Shown piece after piece: positions 24,292-38,105 of a stretch of 64,000 bases of DNA; the stretch's first letter is position 1; each line of letters begins with the position of its first letter. The notes under the pieces are model-generated. The model did no database searches. It was given only the letters and a program-made list of their open reading frames with translations, and was not told the DNA's origin. The stretch is taken from assembly GCA_951406725.2 (NCBI GenBank), contig OX597825.1, positions 75,330,001-75,394,000 on the forward strand, in the 5' to 3' direction. Source of the DNA: Octopus vulgaris. Lineage: Eukaryota. Both the position numbers and the translations under genes were made by a program.

Positions 24292-25309
24292 TTAAACACG
24301 ATTCCCTGGAGAAATACCATTGGTCAAAACATAAAGCCAGTTTTTATTTTTGTAGTTTTTCTGTTCTGTTCAGCATAAAACTAATATTGATTTTAAATTT
24401 TAGCATAAGTCTTGCAAGTTTGGGAGAATGGTCAAATCAGTTACATCAATCCCTGTACACAACTATTTATTATTTTATTGACCCCAAAATGATAAAAGGC
24501 AAGGTCAGCCTTGGTGGAATTTGAACTCAAGATGTAAAGACAGATGAAATGTTGCTAAGCATTTTGCCTGGTTACGAATGATTCTGCCAACTCACCACCT
24601 TAAGCAATATCACTAATATTACAAACTGAACCCAAATCTTTATTCACATTTTTCTCTGTACTCTCTCTTTCTTTGTACTTGCTCTTCCCCAACCTTCTCT
24701 ATTCCACTCTGTCTCTCTCTTTCTTTACTTTTTGGTACCAAAAGACCATCCAATTTTTTATCACTCATCTTTTTTCTACTTGACCAGAGCGTAGGTAAGA
24801 CATGTATTTTGTTTCATCTCCTACCTAGTACTCACTTCAGATCCCCAGTTTACCTTTTCACTTTTCATTCTTTTCTTTCCTTCTAACTTCCTTCCCTCTA
24901 CCCCATCTCTCTATCCTTCTCCTGAGCCTTCTCATTGTACTTTTGGAACACAAGCACCACTATTTTCTTCCTTTTTTGTTCATTTTCATCATGTAGTGTT
25001 CCACATTTTGAAATACTTGCAATTTGTATTTTTACTGTTTATGTTTGTTTCACTTGATATATTTCCAAAATTAAACATTTTAATATATAAAATATATTTC
25101 ACGTAAAAAGCACCCACTACACTCACAGAGTGGTTGGCGTTAGGAAGGGCATCCAGCTATAGAAACATTGCCAGATAAGACTGGAGCCTGGTGCAGCCTT
25201 CTGGCTTCCCAGATCCCCGGTCGAACTGTCCAACCCATGCTAGCATGGAGAACGGACGTTAAACGATGATGATGATGATGATGATGACATCACATTATTA
25301 CATATACTA

Positions 25310-25788
25310 ATTGTCAATGCAAAAAATGTTGTTTATTGACTATCTTCAAAATGATCACACCATCAATGGACAGTTCAATGCTAACTTGCTAAGGCAGTTA
25401 TGAAAGGCTATCGAGACCAAACTCTCAGAAAAACTGATGAATGGGGGGGGGGGGTCTTGTTTCATTAGGACAATGCTTCATCACACAAGTCCTTGGTTTC
25501 AATGGCTGCTGTGTGTGACTGGCTTTGAACTGGTTGATCACCCTCCCTATGTTAATGATTTGGTTCCGTCTGATTATCATCTGTTTCCCAACATGGAAAA
25601 ACACTCAGCTGGACACCAGTATTGCTGTGATGATGACATCTTATCTACTAGTGATGACCATTTTGACCAATAGAAATAGCTTCTTCACCAGTCCACAGTA
25701 AGAGGATCTACATTAAAAAATGAACTTCATTTGGTCACATTCCATGAGAGTGTCTTGCTCAGCCTATGAACATTTCAGCCAACCTTCA
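25310..25788 (+). mobile_element. mariner transposase C-terminal fossil
   Basis: DNASSHKS...GFELVDHPPYVNDLVPSDYHLFPNMEKH, matching the mariner HPPYSPDLAPSDYHLF motif. Confidence 0.85.
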
Positions 25789-26655
25789 TAATAATAAAAA
25801 ATATTATTATACCTGCGCTTGTTTTAATGTTGGCATTGAAAAAAATCCTCATTTTTCATTAAAAAATTTGGACCTGAGTTTGCACCCATTAAGTAAATTT
25901 TGTTCCTGGGCCACTGCATGTCTGAGCGGGTGCATATAACAATAACAACACCCATACACACACCACATCCACATGTGCAATCATGTATGCCTGTGCGATG
26001 ATGCATTATCACCATCATCATTGTTTAACGTCCATCTTCCATGCTGTCTGGCCTGCATTAATCACAAAGGTTTATCAAGGTCAAGATTGCACTCAGTTAC
26101 CATACTGAACAGCATATCGACATTGTTTGCTTACTTCTTTCATAAGTGTATGTATTTAGCATTGTTGTGTGGTTTTAGTTATACATGAATAAACACAGTG
26201 TGTATTTTATGTGTATTTGTTTGGACATGTATGTACAGAAAGACAAACAGAAATAGTAGAAAAATTTCCTTTGAACCACATTCTAGATATAGGGTTATAA
26301 CTGAAATGCCTTTGACATTGAATCAGCTCAATCAGAGAAATAATCTGGGGATAAGCAACACGACTAATAACAATAAAAAAAAAGGGGTATTTCTGTGCTG
26401 GGACCTTACCACCTGGGTGTTCACACACTTGGGGGTGCAAGATGCTACTTCAAGAATAGCAACAAAGAGGAAAAGTATATACCTTGTTAAAATCACTTTT
26501 CAGAATAAAGGTAATAAACTAATAAAAAGGATTTTGTTATTCTACAAGTGTAGACAGCAGATTACATCAATTGGTGATCAGTTAAGTATCACATCATACA
26601 AGTATTGTTTATTGATATCAATGACAAAAGACGTCCTTCTAAGACTTTCAAGATA

Positions 26656-27065
26656 GGCATAGGAGTGGCTGTGTGGTAAGTAGCTTGTTTACCAGCCACA
26701 TGGTTCTGGGTTCAGTCCCACTGCGTGGCACCTTGGGCAAGTGTCTTCTACTATAGCCTCGGGCCAACCAAAGCCTTGTGAGTGGATTTGGTAGACAGAA
26801 ACTGAAAGAAGCCTGTCGTATATATGTATATATATGTATATATGTATGTGTGTGTGTGTGTCTGTGTTTGTCCCCCTAGCGTTGCTTGACAACCGATGCT
26901 GGTGTGTTTATGTCCCTGTTACTTAGCTGTTCGGCAAAAGAGACAGATAGAATAAGTACTGGGCTTACAAAAGAATAAGTCCCGGGGTCGAGTTGCTTGA
27001 TTAAAGGCAGTGCTTCAGCATGGCCGCAGTCAAATGACTGAAACAAGTAAAAAAATAAAAGAAAG
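26656..27065 (+). mobile_element. SINE family A
   Basis: Full-length copy. Confidence 0.9.
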
Positions 27066-27859
27066 AGTATACAAATACAATGACAATATGTGGTCTTTTA
27101 CTCAATTTCTCAGTCTTCTGTAGAGTTTCATTGATTGAATATTTTATCCTAAGAATAAAAAGGGTATGAAAAGTGTTTTGAGCATCCTGCTTATGCTCCT
27201 TATATACAATTTTCAACAACAAATTTTGCTCTGTTTTCATGTACCAAATCTATAGGAATCAATGATCATGGAATGTTATGCCAAAGTGTGAGGGGGAATT
27301 TCATCAGAGCCAGCATCTTTTTCCTTTCGGTCAATTTTTGGCACTCTGAATTCTCTGCAGTCATTGAGGTCTGGCTAGTTAACATGTAACTATATTACTG
27401 CTCTAACTTTTAGAGACCTACTTATGATGATGTTGATGATGATCATCATCATCGTCATCTAACGTCCGCTTTCCATGCTGCCATGGGTTGGACGATTTGA
27501 CTAAGGACTGGTGAGACAGAAGGCTGCACCAGGCTCCAGTCTGAACTGGCAGTGTTTCTACAGCTTGATGCCCTTCCTAACGCCAACCACTCCAAGAGTG
27601 TAGTGGGTGCTTTTACGTGTCACTGGCACAAGGGCCAGTCAGGCAGTTCTGGCAACAACCATGCTCAAAAGGTGTTTTTTACATGCTACCTGCATGGGAG
27701 CCAGTCTTGTGGCACTGGCAACGACCACACTCGAATGTTGTTTTTCATGTGCCACCAGCACATGTGCCAGTAAGGAGATACACTTGCACCATATGTTTGT
27801 TATTGTATTGAATTATGCAATGATCAGGGAAAATGCCAGCAGGAACCATCACAGACTTG

Positions 27860-28510
27860 GACTTTGCAGATGATACAGCACTCTTATCTAATAGATCACT
27901 CATATCTAATAGATCAAGCTCAACAGATTAGAAGCATCAGCTGTAAAGATAAGACTGTACACAAATGCCAAGAAAACGGAGTACATGTCTTTCAACCAAT
28001 CAAATGAAACTGATCTGCTTGTTCTGAATGGTTCCAAATTGAATGTTGCTGAAGACTTCAAGTACTTAAGTGGTTGGGTGAGCAGTTTGGAAGCAGACAC
28101 CAAGATCAGGAAGGCACAAGCATGAACGGCCTTGTCACAAACTGAAGAAAGTCTGGAACACCAAATTGCTCAGGCAAGTCAAAATGAAGCTGTTCATTGG
28201 ACCTGTTGAATCAGTGCTGTTATATGGCAATGAAATGTGGACCTATTAGCTAAGATGACTCTAAATGTGAAATAGCAGCAACACATGACAAATGAATTGC
28301 CTCTACAGAGACCTGCCGAAGGTCAGCAAGAAGGTCACACACAGACGGCTGTGACTGTGCGCCATCATAAGCTGGGAGCATCCAAATTAGTCTTGTGGAA
28401 TCCACTTCATGGTGATGTAAGCAGAAGGAAACATTGTCACACATCAACAACTTGACTGCAGACACTGGCCTCGAATACATCTAAGACTTTGAAGCAGTGA
28501 TGACAGACTG
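27860..28510 (+). mobile_element. LINE reverse transcriptase C-terminal fossil (RTE-like)
   Basis: FADDTALL...LNRLEASAVKIRLYTNAKKTEYMSFN...FKYL..., VESVLLYGNEMW; decayed. Confidence 0.75.
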
Positions 28511-29259
28511 AGAAATGTAGCAGGTAGACTTTACTGCCATAATAATAAGTAATATTCTGAAAGCCTGTTTTTCCTGTTTCCAGTAAAGTCCGGTGGGGCA
28601 CAATGAGTAACATTTACTGCATTTTTTTTACTGTGAGGAAAAAATATTTTCATAGGTGTTCACTATCTAACAAAAGCTACATCAGCTAAGCAAATGACCT
28701 TCTCTTTGAGCATATAAAAGACAAACTTAAATGGGTCAAAATGAATAAGAAAAGATAAAGTAAATTTGCCTCACACCATCCGACCGTGGCCGTTTGCCAG
28801 CCCCGTCTGGCACCTGTGCCGGTGGCACTTAAAAAGCACCCACTACACTCACGGAGTGGTTGGCATTAGGAAGGGCATCCAGCTGTAGAAACATTGCCAG
28901 ATCAGACTGGGCCTGGTGCAGCCTTCGGGCTTCCCAGAACCCAGTTGAACCGTCCAACCCATGCTAGCATGGAAAGCGGACGTTAAATGATGATGATGAT
29001 GATGAGTTCTCCAGAATTACACTTGAAAAAAATTCATACACATCAATATCTAGGTCAGATGAAAGGGAATCGTGGAAAAATGACATAATATGAAATTAAC
29101 GAAACTTGACTAAATCAAGAAAATATTCTCTGTAGCTTCTTCACAATCTGCTGGAGTGGTTTTCTTGCAGAATTTTGGTTTATATAACCCCTCATAATTT
29201 TTTATTTTTTGGAATTCTAAAAGAACATGAGGATTCATACTCTCTCTTTACAGTTTTGC

Positions 29260-29637
29260 TCTTGCTTGTTTCAGTCATTTGACTGTGGCCATGCTGGAGC
29301 ACCGCCTTTAGTCGAGCAAATCGACCCCAGTACTTATTCTATTGGTCACTTTTGCTGAACCACTAAGTTTCGGGGACATAAACATACCAGCATCGGTTGT
29401 CAAGCGATGTTGGGGGATAAACACCGACACACAAACACACACATACATACACACACAACACACACATATACATATATATGACGGGTTTCTTTCAGTTTCC
29501 GTCTACCAAATCCACTCACAAGGCTTTGGTTGGGCCAAGACTATATAGTAGAAGACATTTGCCCAAAGTGTCATGCAGTGGGACTGAACCTGGAACCATG
29601 TGGTTGGTAAGCAAGTTACTTACCACACAGCCACTCT
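29260..29637 (-). mobile_element. SINE family A
   Basis: Reverse-complement copy. Confidence 0.88.
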
Positions 29638-32600
29638 AAATTATCTTTTTTTTTTTAATTACAAACTGTCCTAAATTTTGACTTCAATCCCAGTAATAGA
29701 CCATTAAACATGTTTATGGAGATAAAGATATTGAAAAACATCAATATGTAAGGGTGACAAAGAAACAAGCAGGGTGTCAAGTGGTCATGAGATGTGCTAA
29801 AGATAACAGTTAGATATCCCTTAAATCAGACACAAAAACTAATTTTTACATAGTTGTATGAATTCCCATGTATAGAATACAAATTAGCTAAAAGTTTTCT
29901 GAAAATTCCAAAATCTAGAAAAAGTTATGAGATGTTATGTGGTGTACTTAAAACAGAATTCTACCTGGCTCTCTTCCTTATACAATTATGAACCATGCAA
30001 TTAAAGAGAAGAAATTATTGAAATTAGTCATTACTCATTTTGCCCCAGTTTAGACACCAGTTTTTGGAAATTGAAAATTATCAAATTAGACATTAGTGCG
30101 AGAAAAAATTGACTTGGAACCCAACAGAGGAAAGAATTTGGGTTGTTGAACATCCAAAATTGTCTAGATATTTTATTAGCAACCTCAATTACAATTAGAT
30201 CAAAGTTGAGGGGAAATTTCTTGAATTTCTTGATGGTTTCAAACTGCTTCAACGGCAACAACAACAATGGTGGCCGATGTTTACTCCCAAAGATGATGCA
30301 AGAGGAGAAAACGGAGATGTAATACTTGCAATGTAATGTTTTCAGACAAATAGTAGGAAAATTATAGGAAATTGATAATAACTCATTTTGCCCCACTTCT
30401 ATGTAGTTATTTCAAGTTGTAGAAATGAGTTGCAATGTTACTGGTGCCAAACTGTATCGGTCTTTACTCTATCCTTGAATAACATCAGTGGCACGGAGAG
30501 AGGAGACCGGTATGCATGGGCATCTGCTGGGCTTCCATAAACAACCTTGCCTGGACTTGTGCCTTGGTGAGGAGCTTTCTAGGTGCAATCCCATGGTCAT
30601 TTGTGAGCAAAGGGTGTCTTTATATATAATCATCATCATCATCATCATCATCATCGTTTAACGTCCGTTTTCCGCGCTAGCACGGGTTGGACGGTTCGAC
30701 CGGGGACTGGGAAGCCAGGGGCTGCTCCAGGCTCCAGTCTGATCTGGCAGAGTTTCTACGGCTGGATGCCCTTCCTAACGCCATCCACTCCGCGAGTGTA
30801 GTGGGTGCTTTTTACGTGCCACCTTCACAGGTGCCAGGGGGGGGTCCGGCATCGGTCACGATCGGTTGGAGCTTTTAACATGCCAGCGGCATGGAAGCCA
30901 GCCAAGGCGGCGCTGGCAACATTCGGATGGTCTTTTTATGTGCCACCGGCACAGGAGCCAGTCAGGGCGGCACTGGCATCGGCCACGTTCGGATGGTGCT
31001 TTTTATGTGCCACCGGCACAGAAGCCAGTCGGGGCGGCGCTGGCATCGGCCACGTTCGGATAGTGCTTTTTATGTGCCACCGGCACAGGCATCACAACTA
31101 CTATTTCCATTGATATTTATTTCGACGTTCATGTTCATGTACTTGACTCAACAGGTCTCCTCAAGCACAGCGAGTATGTATGTATGTATATAGATAAACA
31201 TTTAAATATCTGTGTGTGTGTTTGCATTTATCCCCACCTCCACTGCTCTGCATCTGGAGTCTGCTTGCATCCCCATAACTTAGCAGTTTGACAAAAGACA
31301 ACAATAAAGTAAGTACCAGACTTTTCAAAAGTAGGTACTGAGGTTGATCTGTTCAACTAAGACTTTTTGAGGCAGTGCCCCAGTATAGCCACAGTCCAAT
31401 GACTGAAACAGGTAAGAAGATAAAATGTACTTTCTTTCTTTTTAAATTATTCTTTGAAGCATGGTGTTTTTCTCCCTCTTCTTATCTAAGTGATTGCAAA
31501 GTTCTTGTTTCAAATCCATATAAAAGCAATAATTTCAAGTTCCTTGTGCAAGATTTGTTTTCTTCTGCTCTGCTCCAACATAATTAAAAAAAAAAAGAAG
31601 AAAAGAAAAAAGAAAAAAATGGAAATCAAGTTAAATCAATTATTAAAAACCTATTCGTTTCAATGCTGTGACATATTGAATGTTTCATAACAGTTAATAA
31701 TTGAATGGTATTCTCAACCAAATGCAGATGGTGTGTGATGGATTCTTTCCATTTGGGTAGACAACATGGTAGTTTGCCAATTTTTAGACCAGTTGGAATA
31801 AGAAGTGTTTCATATACCCAGGTGGATGCACTTAAGCATCTTCGTGTTTTTTTTTTTGTTGCTCTTTGGTTATGTTTTGTTATTCTCAATAACTGGGGAA
31901 TTGTTCATTTCTGCTGGGTTGGAGTTTATGTCATTGAACGGTTTAACATTTCTACTTGAAATCTGGAGAGAGATGATATTTATACATACACACATACATA
32001 TATTCATACATACATATAAACTCACATACATATATTCATACATACATATGTAATGTATGTATGTATGTATGTATGTATGTATGTATGTGTGTGTGTATGT
32101 ATGTATGTATGTATGTGTGTATGTATGTATGTATGTATGTATGTATATATGTATGTATGTATGTATATATGTTTGTATGTGTTTGTATGTATTGTTGAAA
32201 TATAAAAACACATGTGATTTTGTGTATGTATCATATACCCTCGTATACATATGTATTAAATATGCATATACATATATGTGTGTGTGTATATATCAAATAT
32301 GTATATATATATATATAATGTATATATGAAAGTCTTGTTAGTACATTTGGTTGATGGAAACTGAAAGAAGCTTATTGCATATGTGTGTGTGTATGTTTGT
32401 AGTTTGACCATAAATGTGTGTGTTTGGATCTCCTTGTCTTGACATCATGTGAGAGCTGTAAATGAGTGTCACTGTTAAACAAGTGGCACAATTTATTTCC
32501 AATATTTCCAACACTGCAAGAATATATCTGGCCATGGGGGTTATATAACCTTGTTTGGAAACAGGTGGTAAGCATTGCCAACAGGAGGGGCATCGAGAAG

Positions 32601-32692
32601 AAAATTTGCCTCAATGAAATACCACTTCCAACCCATGCAAACTGAAAATTGGATGTTAAAATGATGATGATATATGTATGAAATGTGTGTGA

Positions 32693-32746
<54 letters not shown>

Positions 32747-33939
32747 CATATATTTTCCCTATCAATTGTTTAAAAATATACTAAATGTGCAATGAGGAAT
32801 TCCTTACATAGATCCTGCAACTAAAGTGCAGTACCACAGATGGCACTTGGTAGATGTATGTACTGAATGTGCACTCAAGGCGCACTGCTAGGGACATTTC
32901 CAAATAAAAGTTTCGATGCTACATTTTAAAGTCTCCTTTCTAAACTTTAATTTTATACATAACCTAATATATGCATATATATATATATTTACATGAAGTT
33001 AGATATACACCTGGAAATAGAGTGACCAATGCTTTTGCATCCATAAAGCGTTTAGTTTTATAGATGACTCATCATACCTCAATGGCTGCAGCCATTGAGG
33101 TCTGGCTAGTCATCATGTAAATATATTACTGCTCTAACTTTTAGAGATCTACTTATGATGATGATGATGATCATCATCATCGTCATTTAACTATTTCTTT
33201 ACTACCCACAAGGGGCTAAACATAGATGGGACAAACAAGGACAGACATAGGTATTAAGTCAATTATATCAACCCCAGTGCGTAACTGGTACTTAATTTAT
33301 CGATCCCGAAAGGATGAAAGGTAAAGTCGACCTCAGAGGAATTTGAACTCACAACGTTACGGCAGACGAAATACTGCTAAGCATTTTGCCTGGCGTGCTA
33401 ACAATTCTGCCAGCTCACTGGCTTTGCCAGCTCTAAGGTCCGCTTTCCATGCTGCCATAGGTTGGACGGTTTGACTGAGGACTGGTGAGACAGAAGGCTG
33501 CACCAGGCTCCAGTCTGATCTGGCAGGGTTTCTACAGCTTGATGCCCTTCCTAATGCCAACCACTCCAAGAGTGTAGTGGGTGCTTTTACGTGCCACTGG
33601 CATGAGGGCCAGTCAGGCAGTTCTGGCAACAACCATGCTCAAAAGGTGGCACTGGCAACGACCATGCTCGAATGTTGTTTTTCATGTGCCACCAGCACAT
33701 GTGCCGGTAAGGTGACGCTGGCAACGATCACATTTGAATGGTGCGTTTTACATGCCACCAGAATGGGAGCCAATCTGTGGCCCTGGCAATGATCATACTC
33801 GTATGTGCTTTTAATGTTCCACTGACACATGTGCCAATCAGGCGGTACTGTCATCAGCCATGTCAGAAATTTTGATTTTGATTTCACTTGCCTTAATAGG
33901 TCTTAGCAATATGCATGTGTATATATGTGTGTGTGTGTG

Positions 33940-34096
<157 letters not shown>

Positions 34097-34152
34097 TATA
34101 TATATATAAATATATATATATATTGATATATATATATATAATATATATATAT

Positions 34153-34385
34153 ATTGATAGATATGGTAAGACAACAAAAGAATGAAAGACACCTCCATAT
34201 TATGTAAATAGAGGAATTTATCTGTAAATGTAATATGTAACAATTATTCGGTAGTCATGATAACTCGAAGTTTTATCATGACTACCGAATAATTGTCACC
34301 TGTTACATTTACAGATAAATTCCTCTATTTACATAATATGGAGGTGTCTTTCATTCTTTTGTTGTCTTATCATTTTTATCAATAT
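34153..34385. repeat. ~110-bp-arm near-perfect hairpin next to (TA)n tract 33945-34150
   Basis: AAGACAACAAAAGAATGAAAGACACCTCCATATTATG...GTCATGATAA loop TTATCATGAC...CATAATATGGAGGTGTCTTTCATTCTTTTGTTGTCTT. Confidence 0.93.
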
Positions 34386-35681
34386 ATATATATTATAACT
34401 ATACAAACACAAACACACACACACACACACACACCAGTGTTGCTGTGCAGGTGCAAATATAGCTGTGTGGTCAGAAGCTTGCTTCCTTATTCCTAACCAC
34501 ATTGTTCTGGGTTCAGTCCTGCCATGTGGCATCTTGGTCAAGTATCTTTTACTACAACCTTAGTCCAATCAAAGCCTTGTGAGTAGATTTGGTACACAGA
34601 AACTGAAAGAAACCTGTCATATATGTGTATGTGTGTGCGTATGTGTATGTACTACCAGACAGGCCAGAGGGAACTAACAGGGCTGCCTATTACTTCCGTT
34701 TGACCTGTCTAGTAGTAGAGATAAAGCTTGTGAATGAGTTCCATCACAAATGACCTTGATAATTTAACCCTTTCATTATCAACCCGGCTGAAACCGGCTC
34801 TGGCTCTTTAGTATAAATGTCTTGTTTTCATAAGTTTTGAATTCAAATCTTCCACCAAATCTTAGTTAAAATTTATGTTCCTAAAACTAGCTTAATGATA
34901 ACGAAGTTAATTTACTAAATTCTTTGTTATATTTAAAATAATTGAAAGAAACACAGAGCATCTCAAAATAAATACAGTAACGAAAGGGTTGATCTGACCA
35001 CAAATCATTTTCTTACCACTTATCAGTAGACAATAAGCAACTCCTTGATAGATAAATCCCAGAAAATGCTTTCTCTATTGTTAGAAGTGGGGATAATTGG
35101 GTCACTGGAGGTCACTTATTCCTTTCCCACCCCTACTAAAAACCTGACTAACCTCTAAATTTCTTTGATCTGATTAAATGTACATTGTTTTAATAAATCC
35201 ATTCTGTCAACTGAAATAGTTGCAGAATCAGTGAAACTGTTTTGCTCCATGGATTTTAAAATATGTTAAATCATTTGGAATGTCATTAATTGTCAAGTTC
35301 ATACATTCATTTGAGGAAAACGGTTTCTTTATAATGATATAGTGTACCCATTAATCAATTAAAGGAGATGTTAGAAACGGCTGTAATGAATTGACACCAA
35401 TTCTTTAACTGTTACTTATTTACGTGCATATATACATACATACATATATATATAATACATGGAGGTTATGAGAGGTAATGGTGTCAGTAAGACCCAAAGG
35501 TGTCAGGTAATGCTGAGTAAGTTCTATGGACAGACTACAGTTAAGCTCCAGGTTCGGTGATTATGCGAATAAGGAGTCCAACGTAGGTCATATAACAGCA
35601 TGTATATATATAAAAAAAAATGTTCAGAATGAAATAAAAAACAAAGGCTGTGAAGATTTTAGAACATTTATAAATAGAAGG

Positions 35682-35727
35682 TCTTACAACTGTTTCCAGG
35701 ATATGTATTATATCCCTTCATTGGAGA
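35682..35727 (-). ncRNA. degenerate minimal hammerhead motif
   Basis: Minus: TCT CCAATGA AG GGATAT aatac ATATCC TG GAAA CAGTTG TA AGA; core damaged at G5. Confidence 0.5.
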
Positions 35728-36579
35728 GGGTGTGAGAAAATGGTTAAGCAATAGTTAATTTAGATAAGATACGAAACAGAGAGTGAAGTGGATGAATGAA
35801 AATAGATGTGAGATATGCAGGGATATTGCATTTGTAGATCTGTTATTTAGGCAGAATGGTATACATATAAGATTCCAATACCGTGTGAGTAAAATCCAAT
35901 AGTATTTAAAATTGGTCGTTCCAAGTATAGAGTTTGTACACAGTGCTATTGAATCAAGGGTTTTATTTAAAGTGACCTAAAAGTAGTGAATGTAAGGTCA
36001 AATCGAAAACAGGAAGAGAAGAATAAAGAAAAAAAAGAAAAAAAACAGGAAGAGAGGAATAAGGAAAAGAAAGAAAAAAGGAAAAAGAAAAACAAGGAGA
36101 GAGATAATAAAGGGAAGTGTACCAGTTAGTGGTCAGTCAAGATAATTTGAAAGTAGGAATGGGGAGATGAGGGTGAGAGAGGGAGAAAGGTATTAGAGTG
36201 TAAAAAGATAGAAGGAATGGGGGGGGTGATAGAGAGAGAGAGAGGTATAATAATGTAAAAGGTAAAGGAGTGTCAGTTATGTAGTGATAGAGTCTAAGTG
36301 ATGGAGCAGAGAGAGGGGTAGTAGTATGGAATGAAGAATTTAGGACTATATATTAGGTGGTTGGACAGGCCAGTGCTTAGTAGTAGAAGAAAATATGTGA
36401 AGATGTATACATATGTATATATTAGACATGTATATATATATTTATACAGATGTTTATACATATCAGTATCTACATATACAACTCTTCAGCTGGTCAGCTC
36501 CTGTCAAACCATTCAACCTATACCTGTATGGAAAATGGATGTTAAAAGATGATGGTGATGATGATAATGATAATGAAGA

Positions 36580-36580
36580 T

Positions 36581-36666
<86 letters not shown>

Positions 36667-36737
36667 TAGCTAGCTAGCTAGCTAGGTAGGTAGGTAAGTA
36701 GATAGATAGATAGATAGATATATAGATAGATAGTAGG

Positions 36738-36800
<63 letters not shown>

Positions 36801-36885
36801 GTAGGTAGGTAGGTAGGTAGGTAGATAGATAGATAGATAGATAGGTAGGTAGGTAGGTAGGTAGGTAGGTAGATAGATAGATAGA
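36580..36885. repeat. (GATA)n/(GGTA)n compound microsatellite
   Basis: Direct inspection. Confidence 0.97.
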
Positions 36886-37859
36886 TACACACATACATAG
36901 ACAGATAAACAAACATGTATATGCACACCATGTTCTGCAATAATATCAGTGAAACAGTGAACTGAACACAGTTTACCAGTTTAGCTGTATTGAGTGCATC
37001 ATGTATTATCTCATCAGATGCCAAGATCAGCAAAGTCAAAGCTTGTGCATTTGGCAGAATGTAGAACAGAATCAAGCACAGCAAACATCTGCCGGAAACT
37101 ACAGAATTCAGTGTGTGTATAAAACCAGTGTACTGAATAGCCTCCTGTATTCCTCCAAGCCCTGGGTCACTTATTGTCACCATCAATACAGCTCCTTAAG
37201 AGCTTCTACCATTACTCCTCTCCCCTCCTCTTTCTATCTCTGTCTCATTCCCTGCTCTTTCTCACCCAACATTATCCATTAAAAGTTCATTTGTGATGCC
37301 CCGACTCAACTCTGGCCTGCCATTTGCCCTTCCAAACCAAGTTTCCTATATTCCAGCTTTTTATTTTATGTTGTTTGTTTTGTCATTTTCTTTTTCCTTT
37401 TTTTCTTCTTCCTTTTCTTTATTTCATCAAAAGCAGTGCAGTCAATGCCATTGAGGTACCAAAACAATGCTTTCAAATAATAGGTTAAATTCCTCTCCAA
37501 CACATTTGCTCCCAGTCTGTCTCTCAAATTGATATTATTACATCAGCCACAGTTTACTAAACATATTGCTACATTAAATATTTATCTAACAACAAGAATC
37601 CTAATTAATTGCCTGTTTAATGAATGTCAAGATTACAAAATTGACTTTTTCAATCTTTCGTAGATCTTTTTGTTTCATTTTGTGTTTTTGTTTTGCATGT
37701 GTGTGTGTGTGTGTTTTGGCCAGGGAGTGAGGTGCAGAATAGGGATTTATTATCAAATTTCAAGATTTGTGGAAAAACTAACTTGGTTTATCTGACAATT
37801 TCAAAATATAAAAATGGGAAGAATGGGCATCTGTTTATTAGATAACTGCGCACACAAGC

Positions 37860-37891
37860 TCACACACACACGTACACACACGCACACACAA

Positions 37892-37922
<31 letters not shown>

Positions 37923-38026
37923 CACATGCACGCACGCACGCACACACATACGCGCACGCACACACGTACGTGCGCATACACACACACACACACGTATACA
38001 CACACACACACGCACGCACACACACG

Positions 38027-38104
<78 letters not shown>

Positions 38105-38105
38105 C
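37860..38105. repeat. (CA)n microsatellite with CG interruptions
   Basis: Direct inspection. Confidence 0.97.

Larger units (their letters stand above)
20293..24620 (+). repeat. segmental duplicate of ARRDC intron 1/exon 2/intron 2 (paralogous to ~49937-58120)
   Basis: Colinear unique sequence: 20293-21060 vs 49937-51025; 22215-23260 vs 53262-54944; 23590-24620 vs 55100-55751 plus 57730-58120. Confidence 0.93.
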
